A stretch of DNA of 64,000 bases from Oopsacas minuta (lineage: Eukaryota; Animalia; Porifera): positions 62,001 to 126,000 of the forward strand of contig JAKMXF010000358.1 in assembly GCA_024704765.1 (NCBI GenBank), written 5' to 3'. The notes beneath the pieces were generated by a model. The model had not been told where the DNA came from. It saw only the letters and a list, made by a program, of their open reading frames with translations, and did not search any database. Below are positions 10,405-21,850 of this stretch, in pieces (within the stretch, counting starts at the first letter, position 1; each line of letters begins with the position of its first letter). The translations under genes were made by a program, and so were the position numbers.

Positions 10405-12624
10405 ACGAGTGTTATCTTAGCAGCCGATTCAAATCCCCACTAAAACACCTTTTTCTCAAAAAGTATGAGTTCTATTTTGAAAAGAACCATATCAGTGTCA
10501 AGAAGAAAGTTGGTACATTTCATATCATCACTCACAATCGCCAAATTTTGCATGATGAGTAAGCAATTTTGCATTACATTTTGGTCGAGGTTTTTTATTA
10601 ATATCTCCTGAAATAATTGTGATAATAACTTCTCATTTTAATCATATTTACATCTTACTTGGTACATTGTGTATATCCAATTTGAAATCAAAATAATTAT
10701 TTTTGAAAAAGTTGTGAACGCTCGGACTTTACATAGGAATTACATAGACGACCAATTTCTACTATCAATAATGAAGTATGTATGACATTACAGTGACGTA
10801 AATTTTGATAAGGATTTAGTATCATTTTCAATTCTATAGTTCCAATTCTATTGTGGTTATTAGATAATAATTAGAAGATATTTGAAATATAATAAATAAC
10901 ACAACACCATTGTAATGACAGTTATCATACATTATACAAAACATTACTTTTTGAATAGAAAAGAGTAAACAAATCGAAAAGTATTACAAGATACTAATCA
11001 ACCAGATATTATAGTTTGTCTGTATATCTTTTCTGTATTGAACTGATTGATGAACTAATGAGAAATACTGATTGAATTTCCCTTGTCTATTAGAACAGGC
11101 TAAACCTAAAACAGGTGGTACTATTTATGCAAAATCTTTACAGCTATATAAGGAAGAGTAACAAATGTCTTGACCAGATAAGATTTGAAGTGATGATCAA
11201 CACTTCGATTTGTAATTATTAATGCCAGAATGGTAAGAGAATCGAGAGTTAACTCTAGGACATGGGTCTCCAAATGAATGCTCCAAAAATAGATAGTAAC
11301 TTCTTTCTGATTCAAATTTGTACAAATTGTAAAGTAAATGTTTGTAAGAGAGATTTGTAGATTTAATTCCTAGATTGATTAAGATAATTGTAAGGATAAG
11401 AATATAGATTTCATGTTCATTGTTTACTTTACTATGAATATATCTTCCAGAACTTTACATATTGGTGTTGTGTTAGTTTCCAAATCCTGTGTAATATAAT
11501 CCAACTGTCGATACATATACGTATATACTTACATTTGTGATTTTTGTCGCAATCAATTTACATATTTAGATGAGATCTCACAAAATATTCAAGATTCATT
11601 TATACAAAATATTTATTGTTTCACTAATAATCTTGTTGGTAAATATATAATTTTCGCTGCCATAAATTGAAACCAATGATTAGGTTGCTTTTAATAATAA
11701 ATTCTGACACATTTGCATATAACTACAGTCAACTCCCCTTATATCGGAAACAAGGAACCGCAATAATCACTTCTATATACGCGGATTTCAATATAACCAA
11801 TGACATTTATGTTTCTTTAACGATTTGTGACTATATTTGTATAATCTCAGACTTCGATATAGCGAGGATTTCTAATTATCCATGTTCGATATACCGGGAG
11901 TTGACTGTGTAACATTACAAAATTAATTAAGAAAGATACTCACATGATTGAATTGAAATGAAATTTAGTAGGACTGTTGTATGAAGAAAATTTATGGAAG
12001 AAATGAAGTTGAAGAATATCAAAAGTATTAAGGTTGTGAGAAACGAAATAAATCAATTACAGTGTTACAAATGCTTTGTTGATTGATATTACATTCTTAA
12101 TTTAATACTAAGTTCAAAAATCTAAACAGACATAACTGGTCCTAATAATTGAGAAGGAATACATTTGACCTCAAGAATTCAGTCATCATAAGTAAATTTA
12201 CACTAAGAATATTCAAGTAATCAATACATAGCTACAAAGCATACAAATCATCAAGTAGAAATTGGTCGTCTATGTAATTCCTATGTAAAGTTCGGGCGTT
12301 CATAACTTTTTCAAAAATAATTATTTTGATTTCAAATTGGATATACACAATATACCAAGTGAGATGTAAATATGATTAAAATGAGAAGTTATTATCACAA
12401 TTATTTCAGGAGATATTAATAAAAAACCTCGACCAAAATGTAATGCAAAATTGCTTACTCATCATGCAAAATTTGGCGATTATGAGTGATGATATGAAAT
12501 GTACCAACTTTCTTCTTGACACTGATATGGTTCTTTTCAAAATAGAACTCATACTTTTTGAGAAAAAGGTGTTTTAGTGGGGATTTGAATCGGCTGCTGA
12601 ATCAGCTGCTAAGATCACACTCGT
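10405..12624. mobile_element. Non-autonomous long-TIR element with 9-bp TSD (MULE/fold-back-like)
   Basis: Near-identical TIRs at ~10405-10763 and ~12254-12624 (ACGAGTGT...ACACTCGT). Exact flanking repeat CCAGCCTCT at 10396-10404 and 12625-12633. No transposase ORF inside. Confidence 0.85.
11726..11907. mobile_element. Tigger-like MITE nested in the 9-bp-TSD element
   Basis: CAGTCAACTCCCCTTATATCG ... CGATATACCGGGAGTTGACTG. Confidence 0.6.
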
Positions 12625-13008
12625 CCAGCCTCTACAGTAGAATTCGGATACACGTACTTCGGTTAGTACTATTTTTGTTTCCTGAGGGATACTTTTATCC
12701 GAGTTCTACTGTACTTAGTTACTTACTGATATTCTTTTTATATATTTAAAGTAAGGCTCATCTGTTTGATGACTATAGGCTGTACTCGCTTGTAGATTGC
12801 TTATTCAAAAATTACAAAATACGTAGTAAATTCCTCATTGAGAGAGAGCGAGAGAGCTCACAACTAGAATCTAATACATTTGGTTATAAATATTCTAAGT
12901 CTAAGAAAAATTATTGCTTGTTAATGTACACACAGTTAATTACTTATTATACATTTATACTCTCTAATGTACTGAATTTGAAATAAAATATAATTAGTAT
13001 TTTTTTAT

Positions 13009-13760
13009 ATGTCTACTCAATCTATTATCCCAGTAATTGATATTAGTCCACTATTTAGCAAGGATACACCAACAGCTGGAAAGAATTATGTTTTAGGTAA
13101 AATCAAGTATGCATGCGAGTCAAAGGGTTCATGACTATAGTGGTCATAATGTCCCACAGCATGTAATATCATATGAGGCTAGATGCTGCTAAGGAATTCA
13201 TCTCTGAAACAAAATTATCAGTCGCTTCTCAGAAGTGGAATCCGTCGAGTGAAAATAAGTCTCGTTGGTTTTTCCCTGTTCAGTTTCGGTCAACAAGATC
13301 TTACATTACTGATAATATGTATAAAATGGATCTTAAGTAGCTATCTGAAAGTGAGTTATCAAAGCTAGAGTATTGTAATTTATTAAGAGGGAAAAGTATA
13401 CTGACTTTATAAACAATCTAAACTCTATGGATGTGGCATGTAGAATTCCACAAATAAATTGAGTATGTGAAATCCCTCTCAGACATATTTTGATTGATCG
13501 ATACAACAAAGAAATATTCAATATCTGATAAAAATCAAGAACACTATCCACTATATAGGCTAACCCTAGACTGTGCACACTACAGCAACTTCTCATTTGG
13601 AAGGGAAAAGTTGGAGAGAAGATTGATAAAATTCAGAATTGGCGACCTAGTTCCTCAAATCCTATTGTTAGAGAGATCGTTGCTAAATTCTAAATTCTAA
13701 ACAATGAATTGAAAGCTTAAATCTTGAAACAAAGGACGTATCTCATCCCTGAACCTTGGT
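13009..13760 (+). pseudogene. Probable decayed 2-oxoglutarate/Fe(II) dioxygenase (IPNS/DIOX_N-like)
   Basis: Pieces in shifting frames: MSTQSIIPVIDISPLFS...KIKYACESKG, GHNVPQHVI, AAKEF...QKWNP...RWFFP, HYP, IGDL. Many stops and frameshifts, and no intact HxD...H triad recognised. Confidence 0.45.
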
Positions 13761-14004
13761 GCTTCATTGTCTTTAAAACGGATTGGCACATATGACTGAA
13801 GGAAATTACAATTCTTTGTATTGCCAGAACTCCTGAATGAGATAAGACCTCTAACCTTGTCTGAGAGAGATCTGCTTCCAGGAGGCTTAATTGTCTAGCT
13901 AACGCTATGTAACGCAAAATTAACGAAAGTTTATCAGCCCTCCTTTTATATTCTATCTATTACTCATTTTGCCTATTTTTGCTGTGCAACCTCCTGGCGC
14001 TGTT

Positions 14005-14596
14005 GTATGACAGATTTACTACCATAACAGTTTTACTACCTCTATTACTGGTACCATGGATACTCTATATCCATGACAGAGTTATTACCTTACATGCCAG
14101 AATTATTACCCTTTGATCATGACATGAAATCGTATAAATCAACTCTTAGTTCTTATCCCACTGATAATAATGCATTTTCAATGGTTTCTTTGTTTCTGCT
14201 CTCGAGTTATATTAAAAGCAATATGTCTACTAACTTCATTTAATTCGAATTTGTTACTTTTACTAAATATGATAGCAATATATATGCGTCCGGACACAAC
14301 GAACTCAGTCCAATTTCTATATAAAAATACGTGGAAGATACAATTCATACGAAAATGTAAAATTATCTTGCTTATGCCTAGTTATGTAATATAACTCTAG
14401 AGCAGAAACAAAGAAACCATTGAAAATGCATTATTATCAGTGGGATAAGAACTAAGAGTTGAGTTATACGATTTCATGTCATGATCAAAGGGTAATAATT
14501 CTGTCATGTGAGGTAATAACTCTGTCATGGATATAGAGTATCCATGGTACCAGTAATAGAGGTAGTAAAACTGTCATAGTACTAAATCTGTCATAC
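14005..14596. mobile_element. Palindromic MITE (fold-back)
   Basis: GTATGACAGATTTA...TACTGGTACCATGGATACTCTATATCCATGACAGAG is mirrored at ~14460-14596. Confidence 0.7.
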
Positions 14597-15342
14597 CGCC
14601 CTTACCCTCATTTAGTTTTCTACAAGCTATCTCAGTTTTGGACGCTAATTAACTACGTATTATTTGAAATAATACCAAGAATTTACCAAATCAATATGTA
14701 ATGTTTTCGTGTATAATGTAGGAAAATACACGCCTGTATGTAACATGTATGCCACCGAGAAGGCAGAAATACCTTTGCTTTTAAGGAGCGATGACCAGCA
14801 TTCGGATTGCAAGGGTTGGGGTCGATGGGATGCATTATTAGCGTTTGTTTAATTTTGTATAATTTCCAATGAATTTCAACGTTTTCCCTCGCTAATCCGA
14901 ACTTTAGAAATGTTCTAAATTTCTCAAAAATTACTAATTGTATTCACTTCTACTAAGAAAAATGCATATTACTATATTCACATGTCATTTCATCCTTGGT
15001 ATAACTTTCGAAAAAATGTCCTATAGTTTTAATGCATTTCATGATCCGAACAAATTCACTAATCCAAACGAATAATTTGCTATTAGATAGCCTGTTCGGA
15101 GATTAGCGAGGATGCACTATAGGGAATTCATTTAGAATTTCTTGGGGAGGGTTATCCTTCATATAGCATGGTTTCTGTTCTTTATAATTATGATGTTAGC
15201 ATTGCTAAAATTATCGCATGCTCGTCCAAATCTTCCCTCTCTTTTATGTACAGTTTTACTGTAGTTTATACCTATATCTTTTATGCTTATTTTTTATATT
15301 TAGCTGATTTATGGACGAAATTTATATGGAAGTTCCAAATAA

Positions 15343-18263
15343 TCCTGTCCGTATCGTGCTACTCGTACATTCCCTAATGTCCCCAACCCCATTGAGCGTA
15401 GATTCGAGCCTTCTTGGGCTAGGAACTCATCTTACTCCAGTGGATTAGCTTCTAACAGAGTTTCCAATACTGTACCATCTACAGTATTCACTTACACTCG
15501 AGATGATATTTTCAGCATCATTAATTCGATTAGCATCCACCCTCCTCCTCCTCGGAACCTCCAGGCATTTGAGACTATATTCTCCAAAGACACATCAGTT
15601 TCAATAAAGCTTCTAGACAAATTTTACTACGAAGCTGATCCTAGTGAGTATGACCACACACACTCCTTCCCCTCTAAGACCAACCCCAAGACTTTTGAGT
15701 CACGTGGTCTCTCAGGCCGAGGAAGAGGTCGAGGACTAGATTATTACGGAAGCTGGGGATCAGCTAATTCGAGTTCTAAATGGCCTACAAGAGGTCCCAT
15801 GTGGCGGTCAAGGTTTTCTAGCGAGAGCGCAGACCTCTCCTACTCCCAACCTCGCAGACGTTTCTTATCAGAGAGTAGTTACAGCGATACGTTTTCTGAA
15901 GAAATGCCTGAATCTCCTATCGATAAAGTGCCGGACTGGCAGTTTTTCCCCAATGATGAGACTTATGAACAAGATAACTATGAGAGGCAGATTCCTCCAA
16001 AGAATGAGAAAAGAATAATCTTGTCTACCTCTCAGCAGAACGAATTGGAGGGGAGAGAGTTGAGTTGGTCCGATACTAGTTCCTTCATCAAAACCAAAAA
16101 GCGAATCGAACCTCAAGCAGAATCTGTTCCTCCTCCTGACAAAGAATTCTCCAAAGTCCGGGAGTCTGATACATTCTCCTTCCTCAATCCAAGTAATGTT
16201 GATGCAGCTGACCCTATATCTAATACGAATCAATCTAACTCAATTTTAATGATATGGGCGACAGTACGAAACATTCAGAGATTTATCTAGATGAATTTGA
16301 TACTGTTCAGCCCTCTAATTCGGATTTACAATCTGATTCTCAAGATCCGAAACACTTGTGGTACTATGTAGACCCTAAAGGCAGCATTCAAGGACCTTTT
16401 CTTTCTAAACAAATGGATAACTGGTATAGCCGCGAATTCTTCCCTCCCACATTACCTGTTTGGAGAGAAAGTGACCCAAAGCCATTCAAACTAGCTAACC
16501 TGCTAAATCTAACAAATATGTCGGATGAGCCATTTTCTGTAGGAGCAGGACAACTGTTGATGCCAAGAGAATTTTCTCCAGTTGATATTCCTGTTAGAGA
16601 AATCATATCAGAATTTATTGATGACACACAAGAGGTAGTTGGTCATCAGAATGATCAGATTGACACAGAATTGGGATTAAAACAATTTCCTTTAAAATCG
16701 GACAAATTTGAGGAAGTAATGACAGTAGAACGCAATGTTAATCAAAAGGAGATTACTTCTGGCGACAGTACGCCTGATGGACACGCAGCAAAAGTAGACA
16801 TACCAGAAAATATAGAAGTGTTTCAAATCACACAAATGGAATTTGTTAACGAAATCACGAATAAACCATTTTGTTCTGATGTTATCCCTATTCCAGATAC
16901 CTGCAATTCGGAAACTGAGCCTGTAGGAAAAAATAATCGGTTTAACGGACCTCCTAAAATTCCTGAACTAAATGGTAGTCTTGTTGATACTCCTTCACCT
17001 CTTCCAACTAGTTACACTTCTCATTCAGTTCAGGGTAAGACAGAAGATGATACAACTACAGTTAAGGCAGTACCAATACAAAAACAACCTATAAAAGAAG
17101 GATCTAAGAAGCCAGAAAATCAAATTTATAAGGAAAAGTCAAAATCCACCTCTTTCGTTAGCCATGATCCTGTTGCTGAAGACGATTCTCATTGGAAGAA
17201 AGTTGGTGATAAGAAACACAAGGCAAAGATAAATAAAGTTACACAACCTAATTTCAATAATGATGCATTGCAAGTAGAAGAATCTGTCCTATCCAACACA
17301 AAATATATCAGCCAATCTAAGAATTCAGCTCATCGGCCGAAACTAGACGAATTAGATTCTTTTAGCATCAATAAACAGAATGTCAAATTAACACCCCCTG
17401 TCTTTATCCCAAATCCTCAGGACGAGGCCTCCATTGTGAATTTGGATGTAATCCTAACTGAGCAATCTTTGGAAGAGGTTAGCAACAAAAATTTGAAGAG
17501 AACAATGCTATCAACTCGTAAACTTGAGGAGGCTACACAACAGGCTAAGAAGCATACATGGACCACAAATCCAACAGACACTCTTCCTTTATCATTTCTA
17601 GCAATCGAGTCTGAACAAAAGAAAACTTTTAGTGAGAGTTTAGCACAGGCTGAAAAGATCCGAATCAAAGAATCGCAAACAAACAATCAGCCTGTTTCTG
17701 TCTCTACATGGGCACGCATTACTAAGAATTTGTCGGAGAGTAGCGACGAACCCGGATCTGGGATAGGCGAGACAGCTGCTAACAAGAGGACTAACACAAA
17801 GCCAGTTGCACCCATTGCAGAAACTGACGAGACAATTGGAGTTTCTTTTATTAAGTCTAAAAGTGAAGATTTCATAAAACCTAAACAGAAAGAATTGGCA
17901 ACTAAGCTACTAGCACCTAGAAATATTCCCGATGGGATCTTGCTCAGTCAAGCTTGCTATGAGTGGTCTCGTAAGGAAATATTATTTTTGAACAAACTCG
18001 TTGATCCTGCTACAGTGATCTGCTTTTTGCAAGAGTTCAATGAATTGTTTGAGATGACTCAGCTTGGCTCTGAGATGTTAGGGACTTCTGAGAGAACAAA
18101 TGCATTGTGCAAACGTATATACGAGGATCTCGCTAGGATAAAGAAAACTAAACAAAAATTTACAAGGTCGCAGGAGAATGGTGAAGATTGGATAAAAGTT
18201 AGTAAGAAATCTGGAAAGACAACCAAAAAGAAAGGAAAGCCTTCTAAAAGTTCTGAAAATTGA
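15343..18263 (+). CDS. GIGYF2: GRB10-interacting GYF protein (GIGYF1/2) homolog; probable intron at 16193-16278; start codon unresolved
   Basis: The stop-free frame from 15343 encodes RFEPSWAR, FTYTRDDIFSI (4EHP-binding-like) and RGRGRG. GYF domain WYYVDPKGSIQGPF...MDNWYSREFF. C-terminal WSRKE...VICFLQE...EMLG matches the GIGYF C-terminus. GTAATG...CTAAC...TTCAG (86 nt) joins the two frames in phase. Confidence 0.8.
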
Positions 18264-18989
18264 GATTATCACTAACATCTAGCAGCTTTCAATCCCAATA
18301 GATTAGCACGCTGACAAAATGGTGTAACAACTTTTACTCACTTCCATACCTACCTACATTAGCTACACCAAGATGATGTTATCGTTAATCGCAGTGTTAT
18401 TCTCAGCTTCGATTACCCTTATGGCCTAGTTCTCAGATAGCATGAATTTTGTAATTCTATCCGACGACCTGTTCACAAATATTAGTTTTGTTTCGGTTTG
18501 CAGTCATTATATGTTTATTGATTGTATTTACATCAACTGCTAATTTATTCTGAACTTATTTTTTCTGTGTCATTATTTTCTATTTTGCATTCAAATTCAA
18601 TTGAGATATTTCTGCTTGACCAGATTGCGAGAATATTCTTATATTTTTAGTGCAGCTCCGATGGGCAGATGCTCTAATGGCATAGGTGATGATTGACATT
18701 CCTCCGTCCGTCTGCGCAATACAGCAATGAGCAATCCGATTAATATGAAGATTGGTGCACATATGACAATAAATTTTGGTACCTGGGGTATGAATTTTTT
18801 CCGAAAGTGAAATTTTCACACCTTTTGGGTGATGAATCATGTTCCACACCATACGACTAATGTAGGTAAATTGAAACGCATGTTAAAGATTAGTTTCAAT
18901 ATGTTGAGGGCAATTAGGTACCTCGAGTCAGATACTGACAATACAGTATCAGAGCATGAAATTTACAATACATGGATTTTATGGTATGT

Positions 18990-19085
18990 ATGTATAAATA
19001 TATGCGAGCGCGCTTCGCTTACTCGCTACGCGGTTGCGAACACTTCCTGTCCACACTCGGGCCTACGGCCCTCGAGTACATAAAC
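18990..19085. repeat. GC-rich hairpin-like end motif, possibly from a non-autonomous Helitron-like repeat; inverted homolog at ~26110-26195
   Basis: GCGAGCGCGCTTCGCTTACTCGCTACGCGGTTGCG...CTCGAG is similar to the reverse complement of 26110-26195. The family assignment is inference. Confidence 0.35.
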
Positions 19086-20626
19086 TCGTATTCTTAACCA
19101 TAGCAATATGTTACTGCTTAATCTTTAAATTTGCTTACTTTAGTCCCCCAAAAGCTAACAAATATTTATGAAATGTTGTTTACAATATCATATTTGGACT
19201 CAGCATACTCGATTACCTCAGCACAACCATTGAAAGCATGTTTCTACTACAATTTTGAAATTTGTTTACTTGATATTCATAAGAACAACAATAAATTTAC
19301 ATATGAGAAACTTCAAAATGTGAAATTCTGATTCAGCGTATTGTGTTACCCTTGTGTAGCCGTTTAGAGCAAGCTTGTATATATATTTTGAAATATATAG
19401 TTATGCGATAATTTCAAAATTGCATACCGTAAATCCTTTCTTGACAACTGACAAACAAACTAACAACAATTGAGATTTAATAATATAGATATAGAACAAT
19501 GTAAATCACAAATATACGTATATGGCATATATATTATCGGATTATTTGTAAGATCAACGCCATTGAGAGCAAACCTGTATGTACGTATATTTTAGATTTG
19601 GCTAATTTATTTACTTTATTTTCATAAAAACGACAATAAATTTACATATCAACGGACAATCAACAAACTACAATTGGAATTTAATAATATAGATATTATA
19701 AATCTCGAGATTCCTTATATATAACTGAGCTATAGTATAGTATAGTTTTTTGTAATACAAAACCTCATACCCTCATTTGAAAAGGTGACTTTCGTTAATC
19801 CGAAAAATGACCTTTCCTCAAAGATAGGAAAGCTAATACACAAAACTGTAATATAGTATAACTGAGCTATATATAAGTTATTTGTAAAATCTCTATTGTT
19901 GTCTGTCTGTTTGTTTGTTTGTCCATTGTCAAGGTAAGGATTTGCTGTATGCAAATTGAAATTGTCACATAACTAAGTACTATCGTGTTTATCAAGGGGG
20001 TCAATAGAATTCAATAAAACTTCACTAAATATATCGAACATGCTGAATCTGATTTTCACATTTTTGGATTAATCATATGTAAATTTATTGTAGTTTTTAT
20101 GAATATAAAGGAAACAAATTAGCAAAATTTCAAAATATACGTTGGTACTTGATCTCAACGGCTACAAAGGGGGTTGATCTTACAAAATAATCCAAAAATA
20201 TATATGCCATATACGTATATTTGTGAATTACATTGTTCTAAATATATCTATGATATAATACTCAAAGGGCCGTCAATTTGGAGAATAATAGATACCTCGA
20301 GGCGCAATGCGCCAAGTTCATCGCAAAGCGACGGGCCAAAGGCTCGTAATATAGATATTCACATCTTTTTTGCATATTTCATAATGATGATGCAATGTTA
20401 GAAATTTGTTTCAACGTCTAACCAGGGTTAATCTGGCATGCAGATTCTAATTTTCTATTTTATACCTATATGATTTATCTTATGATTACGACCTCTAAAA
20501 GTGGGGCTTCCAGGTTGTATTTGCAAGGCCCCTGCACTCCACTTTGGGTATGCTGTTTTGACAAAAATGGTCCCGCCTGCAAAACTGGTCCTGGGGGACC
20601 AATTTTGACCAATATCCATGGTATTG

Positions 20627-21850
20627 AATAAAAATGGTCCCCTCACTTTTGAGGATTCCTCAAATAGTTCTCAACATTTATATGACTTCAAAGTTCAAAC
20701 TAATGTAATAATAGATAGGTAATCGAATAACTATAAATTGGTTATGCCCTCTGACAGGGCAATGCATCATTAATCCTGATTATTGAACAAAATGTGAGGG
20801 ATTGAAATCTTCTTTTTGCATGTGATTTTGTACAGTTAGTAGAACCTCTATGATCCGCACCTCTTTGTATGCAGTAAGTAAGAAAATACTATTTTCTTTA
20901 GAAAACATACGAGATTTGTTGTTAAGATACGGGCACCTCCCTCAACTGGGCATAGTTTGCCACGATTCTGATATTAGCAAAATCTCATTTACCATTTGCC
21001 TAGACTGAATGCAAATCTTAATACCGCACTCGATATTAGTCATGATTTTTGTTGGATATAGTGAGGGTTCGGATTAGCGAGGGTGTACTGTATTCACAAT
21101 ACATAAAGCAATTTGCATTCAATTACTCTAAAGATGGAGTATGAATGGCCTGTTTTGACAAAAATGGTCCCCCTACAAAACTGGTCCCCCCCATAAATGA
21201 TTACTTAATAGGCTTTAGACTAAATAGTAGGTCATTCATACCCCATGTTTTACAGTAATTGAATGCAGGTTACTTTAGTATTGTAAATACAGTACACCCT
21301 CGCTAACCCGAACAGTCCTGTACCAATGAAAACACAAACTGTTCAGATTAGTGAAATAACACTAATCCAATGGAGAATTACCACCTCGCTACCCCCCTTA
21401 TATCCAACAAACTCATGTCTCTCATTATATCCAACAAAAATCATGACTAATATCGAGTGCGGTATTAAGATTTGCATTCAGTCTAGGCAAATGGTAAATG
21501 AGATTTTGCTAATATCAGAATCGTGGCAAACTATGCCCAGTTGAGGGAGGTGCCCGTATCTTAACAACAAATCTCGTATGTTTTCTAAAGAAAATAGTAT
21601 TTTCTTACTTACTGCATACAAAGAGGTGCGGATAATGGAGGTTCTACTAACTGTACAAAATCACATGCGAAAAGAAGATTTCAATCCCTCATATTTTGTT
21701 CAATAATCAGGATTAATGATGCATTGTCCTGTCCGAGGGCATAACCAGTTTATTTATAAATAGTTATTTGATTACTTATCCATTATTACAATAGTTTGAA
21801 CTTTGATGTCATATAAAAGTTAAAAAAGTGAGGGGGACCATTTTTGTCAA
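20627..21850. repeat. ~1.2-kb inverted repeat (hairpin) whose two arms both contain the same Tigger-like MITE
   Basis: 20761-21065 matches the reverse complement of 21421-21727 with about 4-5 mismatches. Weaker similarity extends outward and inward to a ~80-bp loop. Confidence 0.85.
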
